Source: an uncultured bacterium (GTDB lineage: Bacteria > Deinococcota > Deinococci > Deinococcales > Trueperaceae). From it: a stretch of 64,000 bases of DNA. Under the pieces are notes generated by a model. That model saw nothing but the letters and a program-made list of their open reading frames with translations, made no database searches and was not told the DNA's origin. Positions 37,739 to 47,230 of the stretch are shown piece by piece. The stretch's first letter is position 1. Each line of letters begins with the position of its first letter. A program made the position numbers and the translations under genes. Location of the stretch: the NCBI GenBank assembly GCA_964495325.1, contig CAZBVI010000002.1, forward strand, positions 125,729-189,728, written 5' to 3'.

Positions 37739-38854
37739 TCAGTGCACCTGCGGTCCGGAAGTACGCCGCAGAATCAGGAAGATGCCGATGGAAAGCATTC
37801 CGACGATAATGCTCAGCGCAGCAGCCATGCTGTAGTTCTGGCTACCCAGCCCAAGCGTGTGGATATGGATGTTGAGAATACGGGTGAACGGAGCGTTGCC
37901 GAAGAGCGTCCAAATAAGCCCGAACGATTTCATCAGGTCAACCGCACGAAGCAACAGGACCACTCCGATCACAGGCTTCAGCATCGGCAACGTGATGAAC
38001 CAGAACGTTTGCCAGCCGTTCGCGCCATCAACTCGGGCTGCTTCAAAGGGCTCCTGAGACAGGCTCCTGAGACCAGCCATTAGCAACAGAAAAACGAAAG
38101 GTGTCCACTGCCAGGTATTCGTCCAGATGATGGACAGGAAGCCGTAGTTGGCATTGAAGTTGCTGACCAACCATCCGCCAATAACGGGAATGCCCTGAAT
38201 GAGTGGCAAAGGCTGATTGGTGAGCCACGGCTGCGCTGGCACGTTCACGTAACTGAGCAACAGGTTGACCAGGCCCGTCTGGTAGTCGAGCATGTACTTC
38301 CAAAGCAAGCCAACGACTATCGTGTTAGTCATTATCGGCAGCAGGAGAATCGTACTGACGAGACTCCGCCCACGGAACTCCCGGTTACATAGCAAGGCCA
38401 GCAACAGGCCGATAACCAGTTGTAGGGCAATTGCAAACACGAGTAGCTGCAGACTGCGCACCAAGTTCGGGTAGAAGAGGGGATCTTCCGTAACGAGCCG
38501 AATGTAATTGGTCAGCCCCACGAACGGCCATTCGCCGTTGAAGTTGAGCATTGTCACCCGATGAAAGCTGATGTACAGCAGGTACAGAAGTGGAGTCAGG
38601 GTCACGCCGAACATGATGGTAATGCTTGGAATCAGCAGCAGGTTCTTTACGGCCCGATCTGTCGCCCGGTTGAGCCAGTAGGCATAGAAGCCTGCTGCCA
38701 GCACGAGCATAAGCCCCAGCCTTGCGGCTATCTCAAGAGGCACCATGAACCAGATGCCGAAAAGGCCCGCGAGGCCAATTGCCAATGTGATGCCTGGTGG
38801 AAACCGACGCACCCGGGGTCTTGGCCCGATCGATGCTGGACCAGTAACACCCAT
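37739..38854 (-). CDS. Carbohydrate ABC transporter permease with an extended N-terminus
   Basis: 371 aa with PFEAARVDGANGWQTFWFITLPMLKP. An N-terminal extension of about 70 aa adds extra hydrophobic helices. Confidence 0.85.
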   Translation of the reverse strand: MGVTGPASIGPRPRVRRFPPGITLAIGLAGLFGIWFMVPLEIAARLGLMLVLAAGFYAYWLNRATDRAVKNLLLIPSITIMFGVTLTPLLYLLYISFHRVTMLNFNGEWPFVGLTNYIRLVTEDPLFYPNLVRSLQLLVFAIALQLVIGLLLALLCNREFRGRSLVSTILLLPIMTNTIVVGLLWKYMLDYQTGLVNLLLSYVNVPAQPWLTNQPLPLIQGIPVIGGWLVSNFNANYGFLSIIWTNTWQWTPFVFLLLMAGLRSLSQEPFEAARVDGANGWQTFWFITLPMLKPVIGVVLLLRAVDLMKSFGLIWTLFGNAPFTRILNIHIHTLGLGSQNYSMAAALSIIVGMLSIGIFLILRRTSGPQVH

Positions 38855-39714
38855 CAGCGTGAAGTCGGCCCTTCATTCCTGAGGCGATGATGTGCTGCGG
38901 CCGCGGCAAGGCAGTCAAGCAGTGCAACCTGTGCAACACGGGTAACCCCGGCGTCACTCCCGACAGCAGTATGCGGCACGGCGGTTCGTAGGTGCACATC
39001 ACTCAGTTCAGCTATAGGTGAGTCTTGGGCCCCGGTTATCGCAATGATCGGGATACTGCGAGCCGCAGCCAGGCGCACCGCGTTCTCTACGGCCTTCGTG
39101 ACCCCAGTGTGCGAAAGCGCGATGACTACGGCAGTGTCGTCGAGATACTTCGCATGTAGCTCGAGCAGATAGTCATCAGTGTGGCTAAGACTATTGAAGC
39201 CGAGAATCAGGAACTTCTCCGCGGCGGTATTCGCAATGTGGCCTGATCCACCATGGCTGAAAAACACCACACTTTCGGCGTCGGCAATTAGCGTAGTAGC
39301 CTCTACTAAGTCGTCAGCATTCAAGTTTTGCTCGGTGTCGTCCAATGCTATGCGCATCAGGCTGAAGAGCCTGGGAGCAATGTCGGTAATCTCGTCGACC
39401 TGGCTTAGCTCTTCGTATGGCGCGCGCACCGATTCGTTTGAGCCACGGTCAGCTAAGATTTCGCTCAGCAATGCCCTCTTAAAGTCGGCAAACCCTTGAT
39501 AGTCCAGTCGCTTGGTAAATCGGACCACGCTTGCCTCACTCACACGCGTGTGGCGAGCCAGTGATGATATTGTAAGCAAGTCAGACACGTTAGAATCACG
39601 GTCAAACAGTAAGTCAGCAATTTTCTTCTCGGTTACGCTTAAGCCTTGATATTTATTGCGCAATCTGACAAATAAGCCCGTTGCTGATTCATGTGCGGAA
39701 TACATGGCCGACAT
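38854..39714 (-). CDS. RpiR/MurR-family transcriptional regulator (HTH_6 plus SIS)
   Basis: LSVTEKKIADLLF..LTISSLARHTRVSEASVVRFTKRLDYQGFADFK is the HTH. VVFFSHGGSGHIA and IALSHTGVTK mark the SIS domain. The start was chosen at MSAMYSAHE. The stop overlaps the permease start. Confidence 0.8.
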   Translation of the reverse strand: MSAMYSAHESATGLFVRLRNKYQGLSVTEKKIADLLFDRDSNVSDLLTISSLARHTRVSEASVVRFTKRLDYQGFADFKRALLSEILADRGSNESVRAPYEELSQVDEITDIAPRLFSLMRIALDDTEQNLNADDLVEATTLIADAESVVFFSHGGSGHIANTAAEKFLILGFNSLSHTDDYLLELHAKYLDDTAVVIALSHTGVTKAVENAVRLAAARSIPIIAITGAQDSPIAELSDVHLRTAVPHTAVGSDAGVTRVAQVALLDCLAAAAAHHRLRNEGPTSR

Positions 39715-40392
39715 CGCAACCTTGCCCTCTCCAACAATGATGAAATTCTTTCTTCTTAAGAAGATACAGTGGTGACAGTTTTTTGTCAAGTGTATTGATG
39801 GAGGTCGATCCGTAGCCCTGAGACCTACACTTGCACTTGCCACGACTTGCCATCTCAACTAGATCCCATAGCTGAGAGTGCCGATGCTGGCACGCGTGCC
39901 ATCGATCGCATTCCACTCCACAGGCACGACCACAGTAAGCCAATCAGTTAACAGTCGCCTTGCTCCCGCCAGCCTGTCCAGGGGGATGGGAGACCCATGC
40001 GGATGAGCATGTACAGGTCGCTCAGGTCAAAACCCATCACCCTCACTTCCGACGTTCCGCCCACGAAAAGCGTGTTGCCGTCGGCATCGAAGGCCGGCCC
40101 GACTCCCTCGCAGGCGTAATCGTACTCGAACAGCAACCAACAAACCACGGCCTGCAGCGTCGCCCTCGCATGGACCGAGAGTTTTTCGGTACCAGTACCA
40201 TCTAACCGTTCTGGTTGGCGATACTGCAGCGCCTGGTTGTGCTGCCCTCGGCCACCAGCCCGAACTTTCGCGACTGGATACTTAGCTTGACAGACGAGCT
40301 AAACTTTTGCCAAGAGCGAGTCGGACTGCTTCTGCTGCCTGATGTACAATCAAGCAGCTATAGGACTCGATGGATCGAAAGGAGGTTATGTA

Positions 40393-40587
40393 ATGGCAAC
40401 GCGCACAAATGGTTCACCATCTGGTAACCATGCAAAGGATGCAAGGCCAAAGTCGATCGTCGATGTACGGGTCAGTTTTGAAGGGACGCCATACGTGACC
40501 AGAGATACGGCCGCTCTCTCTCCGCGGGAGTTCCGACAATTGACCCAACGAGTGATGGCCGAACTGAAATCCAAGAGTGAACAGTAG
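40393..40587 (+). CDS. Small hypothetical protein (64 aa)
   Basis: A strong AAAGGAGG Shine-Dalgarno sequence lies 7 nt upstream of the ATG. The stop overlaps the GTG of the next gene (TAGTG). The region is AT-richer than its surroundings. Confidence 0.55.
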   Translation: MATRTNGSPSGNHAKDARPKSIVDVRVSFEGTPYVTRDTAALSPREFRQLTQRVMAELKSKSEQ

Positions 40588-41414
40588 TGCCCACGTTAAA
40601 CGAGTTCTTGCCACCCCTGTTCGGTGGCTTTCTTTTTACAGTTCTTTTCAAGCAGTTACGCCTGTATCTCGCTCGTGCGGATGGCTATCGGCTCCTGTTT
40701 GCAGTTTCAACAGCAGCCTTGATACTCCACCTGTTCTCTCTGGTGACCATAAGCTTGGCCGAGCGCTACTCAGCAATCAGGGAAGCACTCGGCGCGTGGC
40801 GGTCAATGGAAAGTTTAGCAGGACTCGAGCATGGCCTTGCGGCCATCACTCTAGGCCTCGTACTCGCTCCGGGCATGAATTGGGTCTGGCGGCTTGGTGA
40901 TAAAACTGGCGCACGCGCTGCTCGACGATTCATCAGTTCACGAGGTGATCCGTTCGAAATGCTCCTTATGGAATTCCTCACGAGTCAGGAACTGTTAATG
41001 GTGACATTGAAGTCGGGCAAGGTCTATCTCGGCAAGGTAATGAACTCGATAAACCCAGTCAGAAACGTTGAAAGCATCCGGCTGGCACTTCACTCCAGTG
41101 GCCACCGGAACAAGGAAACTCACGGTCTGGTTCTTGATGTGGACTACGCGAAAACGCACAAGGGAATTCGCGATGCCGTGGAGGCCCAATACACGGAAGC
41201 CATCAAGGAATATCTCGAAGCGAACAAGCGGGCCTCGATCGATGACGTTGAGAAAGTCGTATTTGGATCAATTGATACCTCGGCCATGGGCGTAGTTAAC
41301 TTCGAGACTGTGATTAGAGCCAGTGAGATTCAGACAATTAGCCCTTTCGACCCAGACATCTACAAAGAGTACTTTGACGCCAAAGCCCGTGTGGCCAACA
41401 GCGACTCAGACTAA
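40587..41414 (+). CDS. Hypothetical membrane protein with about three N-terminal TM helices and a cytoplasmic C-terminal domain
   Basis: 275 aa. The helices are FLPPLFGGFLFTVLF, LLFAVSTAALILHLFSLVTI and GLAAITLGLVLAPGM. The C-terminal LLMVTLKSGKVYLGKV segment is Sm-like and vaguely DUF6338-like from memory. Confidence 0.6.
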   Translation: MPTLNEFLPPLFGGFLFTVLFKQLRLYLARADGYRLLFAVSTAALILHLFSLVTISLAERYSAIREALGAWRSMESLAGLEHGLAAITLGLVLAPGMNWVWRLGDKTGARAARRFISSRGDPFEMLLMEFLTSQELLMVTLKSGKVYLGKVMNSINPVRNVESIRLALHSSGHRNKETHGLVLDVDYAKTHKGIRDAVEAQYTEAIKEYLEANKRASIDDVEKVVFGSIDTSAMGVVNFETVIRASEIQTISPFDPDIYKEYFDAKARVANSDSD

Positions 41415-41482
41415 AAGACAATCCTCCACACCGTAACGTTCCGTCATAAGCCTTGCCGGCCCCAGACGCCACCCTGGTTATC

Positions 41483-43210
41483 ATGCCGGATGTGAGCCAG
41501 CCGGACCCGACCAAGCCCCTCATCGTTCATGCGGACCGGACGCTGATGCTGGAAACGTTCAACGACCTGGCCGAGCCAGCCCGGGCGGCCATCGCCCCGT
41601 TCGTCGAGCTGGAGAAAAGCCCGGAGTACCTGCACACTTACCGCATCTCCCCTCTGTCGCTGTGGAACGCGACCAGCGCGGGCTTCACGGCCGAACAGAT
41701 GCTGCGGGCCCTGCAGAGCTTTGCCAAGTTCCCACTGCCGCAGAACGTGGTCACGGATATCAAGGAGCTGTCCGGCCGCTGGGGCCGACTGCGCCTGTTA
41801 GGTGAGGAAGGCCGCCTAGTCTTACGTGTGGATCCGGCAGACGCGTCGCTGCTGCTGGAGCTCGGGAGTCACGACCACGTGCGGCCACTGCTCGGGGAAC
41901 GCCTTGGCGAGCACGTTACACAGGTGCCCCTGGCAAACCGGGGCAGCCTCAAGCAGGCGCTGCTGGCGCTCGGCTGGCCGGTGCAGGACCTGGCCGGCTA
42001 TCAGGCGGGGGAAGCACTGGACATCTCGCTTGCGAAGCACTTGGACGTGCGCCCGTATCAGGAGGCCGCTGCCCAGGCCTTCTACCGGGCGGGCAGCAGC
42101 GAGGGCGGCTCCGGCGTTGTGGTGCTGCCGCCAGGCTCCGGCAAGACGGTCGTGGGCATGGCCGCCATGTCGCTGGTGGGCCAGCGGACGCTTGTGCTGA
42201 CCACCAACCGGACCAGCACCGGACAGTGGCAGCGGGAGTTGCTCGCCAAGACATCGCTGCAGCCCGAACAGGTCGTCGAGTACGGTTCCAGGACCAAGGG
42301 CATCGGCGCCGTCACGCTCTGCACCTACCAGATGCTGACCACCAGGAAACGCGGCGCTGAGCCCGGAGCCCAAGGCGAGTACCCGCACATGCAGCTGTTC
42401 CGTGACCACCAGTGGGGCCTGGTCATCTATGACGAGGTCCACATGCTGCCTGCCCCGGTCTTCAGGCTGACGGCCGAGCTGCAGGCACTGCGTCGCCTTG
42501 GGCTGACGGCCACGCTCATCCGGGAGGACGGGCGCGAGGGCGACGTGTTCAGCCTCATCGGCCCGAAACGCTACGACGGGGCGTGGCGCGAGCTTGAGCG
42601 GGACGGCTGGATCGCCAGCGTTCACTGCACCGAGGTCCGCCTGGCGCTCGACGACGCGGGCCGCCGCGACTACGCGCTCACAGACCCCCGGCTCCGCTTC
42701 CGCCTGGCGGCCGAGAACCCCCGCAAGCTGAGCCTGATGCGCAGGATCCGGCAGCTGCACGCTGGCGAGCCGACCCTGATCATCGGCGTCTACCTGAGCC
42801 AGCTGAAGCAGATCGCCGCCGCCCTGGACGTGCCCCTGGTGACGGGCGAGACGCCGCAGGAGCGTCGCGATGCGTTGTTCGACGATTTCCGGGCCGGCCG
42901 CATCCGTACGCTGGTGCTCTCGAAGGTCGGAAACTTTGCCCTGGACCTCCCCGACGCCTCGGTGATGATCCAGGTTTCGGGCACGTTCGGCTCCCGGCAG
43001 GAAGAGGCGCAGCGGATGGGTCGGCTGCTGCGGCCGAAAGCACCCGGCCAGGGCGCCCAGTTCTACTCGCTGGTCACGCGCGAGACCGACGAGGAGACCT
43101 TTGCCCACAACCGCCAGCGGTTCCTGACCGAACAGGGCTACACTTACCGCATCATGAGCGAGGACGAGTGGCTCGACCCGCAGCCGCCGCGCCTCGAACT
43201 GCTCAACTGA
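41483..43210 (+). CDS. xpb: XPB/ERCC3/Rad25-type SF2 DNA helicase
   Basis: DVRPYQEAAAQAF, Walker A LPPGSGKT, DEVH, and GLTATLIREDGRE, the R-E-D motif diagnostic of XPB. Also QRMGRLLR, plus an N-terminal damage-recognition-like domain. The start is taken at ATG 41483; the ORF opens at 41453. Confidence 0.85.
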   Translation: MPDVSQPDPTKPLIVHADRTLMLETFNDLAEPARAAIAPFVELEKSPEYLHTYRISPLSLWNATSAGFTAEQMLRALQSFAKFPLPQNVVTDIKELSGRWGRLRLLGEEGRLVLRVDPADASLLLELGSHDHVRPLLGERLGEHVTQVPLANRGSLKQALLALGWPVQDLAGYQAGEALDISLAKHLDVRPYQEAAAQAFYRAGSSEGGSGVVVLPPGSGKTVVGMAAMSLVGQRTLVLTTNRTSTGQWQRELLAKTSLQPEQVVEYGSRTKGIGAVTLCTYQMLTTRKRGAEPGAQGEYPHMQLFRDHQWGLVIYDEVHMLPAPVFRLTAELQALRRLGLTATLIREDGREGDVFSLIGPKRYDGAWRELERDGWIASVHCTEVRLALDDAGRRDYALTDPRLRFRLAAENPRKLSLMRRIRQLHAGEPTLIIGVYLSQLKQIAAALDVPLVTGETPQERRDALFDDFRAGRIRTLVLSKVGNFALDLPDASVMIQVSGTFGSRQEEAQRMGRLLRPKAPGQGAQFYSLVTRETDEETFAHNRQRFLTEQGYTYRIMSEDEWLDPQPPRLELLN

Positions 43211-43227
43211 GGCACCGGAGGCCCACG

Positions 43228-43488
43228 ATGTCCCAGACCACGCCCTCACCGGATCATGACGAAGTGCACCCGGTTAGCGACGCACTCGGCATGCTGCACC
43301 GCGACCTGACCGTCATCGAGGTAACTGACGCCACTGACCTCACCAGCCTGCTGTCGGACACTAGAATGGCCGAGCTCGTCTTGGCCCGCATCGGAACCAC
43401 CGCCGCCGTGGTGGAACCCCGAAACGTGCCCAAGCTCCTGGCGGCGCTCCAGAAGGCCGGCCACACTCCGACGGTGCTGGGCGCGTGA
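43228..43488 (+). CDS. Small conserved-looking hypothetical protein (86 aa), translationally coupled inside the XPB operon
   Basis: A GGAGG Shine-Dalgarno sequence precedes the ATG at 43228. The stop overlaps the GTG of the next gene (GTGA). Confidence 0.6.
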   Translation: MSQTTPSPDHDEVHPVSDALGMLHRDLTVIEVTDATDLTSLLSDTRMAELVLARIGTTAAVVEPRNVPKLLAALQKAGHTPTVLGA

Positions 43489-46061
43489 GCAGGCAGGAGC
43501 AGCTGCTCGGCATCTTCCTGGACTCGCTGGAGCACGAAGACAGCGAGCAACCGGACGAACCCCTTGTGACGCAGGACCCCGGACTGTTCTCCTTCGAGCG
43601 CCGGCTCGACCTGATGACGATGCCTCAGCTGACGCGCGTCATGAGGCGTTACGCTCCCGCCAGGCGGGCCACCACCCGGGCGGCGGCCATCAAGGCGATC
43701 AAGGGGGCGCTCGCGTCCCCGGACCTGCTCGCGGCGCTTATAGCGGGCCTGTCGCCGTTCGAGCGGCTGGTGCTGGAGGAGCTCAAGCGGCGCGGGGGCA
43801 AAGCCAGCGGCTGGCAGGTCTTCATGACCGCGGTCCTGCACGGCGCGGAACCCGAAAACGCCGCGGGAGACGGGTCAGCAAACTATGACTACCAGCGTTC
43901 TTTTGGCATCCGCTCGATCGCGGCCCGTGAGCTGGCGGAGCTCTACGATGACGGGCTCCTGCAGACCGGCAGGCTTCGTACCGACTGGTCCCGGTTCGGC
44001 TACAGCACTCACGCGGACGACATGGTGGGCGCCCCGCCACAACTGCTCAACCGGCTGAAACCGCGGCCGCGGCCCCCGGTAAAGAGGCTCACCCTCGAGC
44101 CGGCCGCCCAGGCCGTGCTGGATGCCCGGCATCCGGCGGCCGTCGTCCTGGAACTGCTGGACGTCCTGCAACTCGTCTCGAGCGAGGGCGGCCTGCACGT
44201 AACCAGGAACGGCGCGCTCGCCAAGCCGTTCCTGAAGCGACTCCACAAGGAGCGGCCCCACCTGGCGGACCGGCTCGCGCCCCTCCTGCTGCTGCTGTCC
44301 ATGCTCGGTTTCGTGCGGAAGCCGCACGATGACTCCGTACCGCAGCCCTGGCCACTCGTCCCGGGCGCAATCTCCGCTTTCCAGCGAATGCCGCTTCGCC
44401 TCATGTACGCCAAGCTGATCGACGCCACCGCCTCGGTCAACGACCCGGACATCGCCCTCGCGTGGGCCGAAAGCCCCTTCGGCACCAGCAGCATCGAACC
44501 GTTCTGGACGGCGATACTGCAGAGCCTGGTGGCGCTGCCCGACCATGGCGTCCCGGTCGAGGCGGCGGTCAACGGCCTCTGGGATCAGGTGCTTGCGAAA
44601 GCCTTCGGCGGCCGGGTACAGCACTGGCGGGACAACGCGAGGCATCTTGACCTGCTTGAGAGGCTGCTCCGCGAGTTCCTGCCTTCCATGGGCCTGATCG
44701 CCATTGGCGGCGAAGTAAGCGACATCAACGAACTGGTCCCGTTGATCGCACCCGCCGCCGGCCTGGCATGGTACGCCGAATCCCGTGCCATGGCCGAGGG
44801 CGCCTCGGCCATGCCGTCAATCGCCCTGACCGACGATGAGCAGCAGCTTGAGGCGTCGAGCCCGGCCCTGCTGATCCAGCCGAACTTCGAGGTGCTTGCC
44901 TACCTGGACCTGCTCACCTCCGGCGCGGTCCGGGCCCTATCCTGCGCCGGTATCGAGCGGCTGGACGCTCAAACAGCCACTTTCAGGATCGACCGGAACA
45001 GCGTCACCCACGCACTTGACTCGGGCATGGACGCAGCCGAGCTTCTGAGCCAGCTGGAGCGCCACGCCCCTGGTGTGCCGGAGAACGTGGCCGACGCCAT
45101 CAGGGACTGGGCGGCCCGGCGGGACCGGCTCAAGGTCCACACTGGAACCCGCCTCATCGAGTACCCGGACGAGGCCGCACGCGACGCCGCCCTGAAGCAC
45201 GTCGAAGGCGGCCGCGCGATCGCCGAAAGGTTCGTACTGCTCGCCGGGAACTCACCCGAGCCCCGCGTGGCTGCCGAACATGATTACCGCCCTGGCATCG
45301 AGCCCGCCCTCAAGGTCCGGGCCAACGGCACGATCCGTGCCGACGGGCCCCTCAACCTGCCGGCCCGAGCCGTCCTGAAGCAGCTCACCACGCAGACGGG
45401 CAAGCACACGTTCCGGATCACCGAAGACGCCGTGCGCGCGCCCGTGTTCCGGCAGAAGCTTCACGCGCTTCTGCAGGATCAGGCGATCAACGGGGTACCC
45501 CGGGAGCTGGCCGCCCTCCTGGCCGCCTGGTCCGGCCAGGCGCAGAAGCCGGTGGTGGCACCGGCCGTCCTGTTCCAGCATCCGGAGGCTGGCGCCTGGG
45601 CCACCAACCCGAAGTTCCGCGACCTGCTGGGCACCCAGCTGAGCCCGAGCACCTACCTGGTCGCTCCCGGCAAGGAGGCCGCGTTGCGGACGCTGCTGGA
45701 CGAGCTGGGTGTGGGCCATCAGTCCGAGTGGTCCGAGGGCGGACCCGCGGTCACCGCCATCCCGGGCGAGGGCGAACTCCAGACCGGGCTCAGCACCCGC
45801 AAGATGCGCGAGGCGCTTGAAGCTGCGATTGAAGCCGGGCACCACGTCGAGCTTCGCTACGCGCCGGAGAACGTGCGCTACACGCATCGCGGCTACAGCC
45901 GACGCAGCCCGGGCAAACTCCGCACCGAGTTGCTCATCCCGGAAAGCATCTCGTACGAGGGCTCGACGCCGTACCTGGATGCCTTGACCGCCAAAAGGAA
46001 GTCCGAGCGTTACATCCGGATCGGCTACATCGAGGCGATCGGCGTGCGGACGGCGGCGTAG
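43485..46061 (+). CDS. Large XPB-associated protein carrying a copy of the XPB N-terminal (DRD/helicase-associated) domain and a WYL-like C-terminus
   Basis: 858 aa. The segment ALLIQPNFEVLAYLDLL...TFRIDRNSVTHALDSGMDAAELLSQLERHAPGVPENVADAIRDWA parallels the XPB N-terminus PLIVHADRTLMLETF...TYRISPLSLWNATSAGFTAEQMLRALQSFAKFPLPQNVVTDIKEL. The C-terminal HHVELRYAP...LIPESISYEGSTPYLDALT...RYIRIGYIEAIGV fits the WYL-domain pattern. Confidence 0.7.
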   Translation: MSRQEQLLGIFLDSLEHEDSEQPDEPLVTQDPGLFSFERRLDLMTMPQLTRVMRRYAPARRATTRAAAIKAIKGALASPDLLAALIAGLSPFERLVLEELKRRGGKASGWQVFMTAVLHGAEPENAAGDGSANYDYQRSFGIRSIAARELAELYDDGLLQTGRLRTDWSRFGYSTHADDMVGAPPQLLNRLKPRPRPPVKRLTLEPAAQAVLDARHPAAVVLELLDVLQLVSSEGGLHVTRNGALAKPFLKRLHKERPHLADRLAPLLLLLSMLGFVRKPHDDSVPQPWPLVPGAISAFQRMPLRLMYAKLIDATASVNDPDIALAWAESPFGTSSIEPFWTAILQSLVALPDHGVPVEAAVNGLWDQVLAKAFGGRVQHWRDNARHLDLLERLLREFLPSMGLIAIGGEVSDINELVPLIAPAAGLAWYAESRAMAEGASAMPSIALTDDEQQLEASSPALLIQPNFEVLAYLDLLTSGAVRALSCAGIERLDAQTATFRIDRNSVTHALDSGMDAAELLSQLERHAPGVPENVADAIRDWAARRDRLKVHTGTRLIEYPDEAARDAALKHVEGGRAIAERFVLLAGNSPEPRVAAEHDYRPGIEPALKVRANGTIRADGPLNLPARAVLKQLTTQTGKHTFRITEDAVRAPVFRQKLHALLQDQAINGVPRELAALLAAWSGQAQKPVVAPAVLFQHPEAGAWATNPKFRDLLGTQLSPSTYLVAPGKEAALRTLLDELGVGHQSEWSEGGPAVTAIPGEGELQTGLSTRKMREALEAAIEAGHHVELRYAPENVRYTHRGYSRRSPGKLRTELLIPESISYEGSTPYLDALTAKRKSERYIRIGYIEAIGVRTAA

Positions 46062-46151
46062 GGCCGGCCACTATCGGCAGCATGTAAGCTGGATGAAGCA
46101 CCCGGCACATCTGCAAAGCTCCGGCTGAAGAGCCAGAAGTCGCCCTGACTG

Positions 46152-47213
46152 CTACGCAGTGCCCCCGGACTGTCGAATGCCGGCCCAGCCTAGATCAGTC
46201 AGCCTGTTCACTGTCAAGTCAATCTGCCTTCTGGTGAACTGCTTCTTCCGCTTGTTCCAGGCATAGGTGTGGGCAACCACTTCATCCAGGGATCGGTGTC
46301 CCTCGTGTTCCATAATCCAATGTACCGTAGACAGAAGCTCCAGCCCGAACGGCGACTCGAATCCGTCAACCAGCTGCGCTACCCGGCTGAACCGCGTACG
46401 CGTCTCCGGCTGGTTCGCAAGGTACTTCTCCGCTGCTATGGCGGCATCGGGCATCACGCGTAGCTCCTTGGCTGGCTGATCGCCACCGTCGTGGAAACCG
46501 TGAACCATATGACCCTCCATTCGATGGAGCACATGACGGAGGTTTTCCGCGTACGGACCATAGTGGGCTTTCTTGAAGTGCAGCCGCAGAGGTTCGCCTG
46601 CCTCCTGCAGGAAGTACATCAACTTATGCAGTTCCAACAACGAAACAGAGGGGTCCATCAGGCCATTCAAGTACCGAGTCATGAGCTCTAGCAGGGCTGC
46701 TCTGCCGGGCGTCATATCGGGCCTCTTGCTTATGTCAGCATTATATTCGCCATACCGCGCAGCATCCGGCGGATAGACTTTGATCAGAACGCCAGGCAAA
46801 TCCTGTAGTGCTTCGTCAATCAGGGGCCTGACCTGCGACCAGTCGAGCCCACCGAGCCCACTACCGAGAGGAGGTATGGCTATCGATTCAATTTGGTACT
46901 CACGGATGGTCTCTGCCAAGGCTTCCAAGCCACTGGCAATATCCTCTATTCGACTCTTGCTCCGCCAATGTCGCTTTGTCGGGAAATTGATGATCAGTCG
47001 CGGGCCAGTCAGCATCCCCGTTGTATGAACGAACATGCGGCCAGGCTGCACTTCGCCTTGCGCACAGGCCCGAGCGTATTCTTTGAAGTTCTCAGGGAAG
47101 GCGCGTTTGAACTGGAGTGCGATACCACGGCCCATGACACCAACACAGTTAACAGTGTTGACAAGTGCCTCAGCTTCATCGGCCAGAATGTCACCCTTCA
47201 CGTAGGAAATCAC
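46152..47213 (-). CDS. darG: DarG antitoxin (macrodomain ADP-ribosyl-DNA glycohydrolase plus C-terminal domain)
   Basis: ISYVKGDILADEAEALVNTVNCVGVMGRGIALQFKRAFPENF...IINFPTKRHWR...IAIPPLGSGLGGLDW is a macrodomain matching DarG. A GTG at 47213 is preceded by a strong AAGGAGG Shine-Dalgarno sequence. An alternative ATG lies at 47243. Confidence 0.85.
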   Translation of the reverse strand: MISYVKGDILADEAEALVNTVNCVGVMGRGIALQFKRAFPENFKEYARACAQGEVQPGRMFVHTTGMLTGPRLIINFPTKRHWRSKSRIEDIASGLEALAETIREYQIESIAIPPLGSGLGGLDWSQVRPLIDEALQDLPGVLIKVYPPDAARYGEYNADISKRPDMTPGRAALLELMTRYLNGLMDPSVSLLELHKLMYFLQEAGEPLRLHFKKAHYGPYAENLRHVLHRMEGHMVHGFHDGGDQPAKELRVMPDAAIAAEKYLANQPETRTRFSRVAQLVDGFESPFGLELLSTVHWIMEHEGHRSLDEVVAHTYAWNKRKKQFTRRQIDLTVNRLTDLGWAGIRQSGGTA

Positions 47214-47230
47214 TGCATCCTCCTTCTTGG

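Noticed and set aside
39948-40148. 66-aa minus-strand ORF (YDYACEGVGPAFDADGNTLFVGGTSEV) reminiscent of a beta-propeller blade.
   Set aside because: It is too short and isolated, it lies in the promoter region of the RpiR operon, and no supporting context exists.
46062-46151. 90-bp spacer between the convergent XPB-partner gene and darG, examined for a bidirectional terminator.
   Set aside because: Only a GGCCGGCC palindrome and weak partial complementarity were seen. There is no convincing stem-loop.
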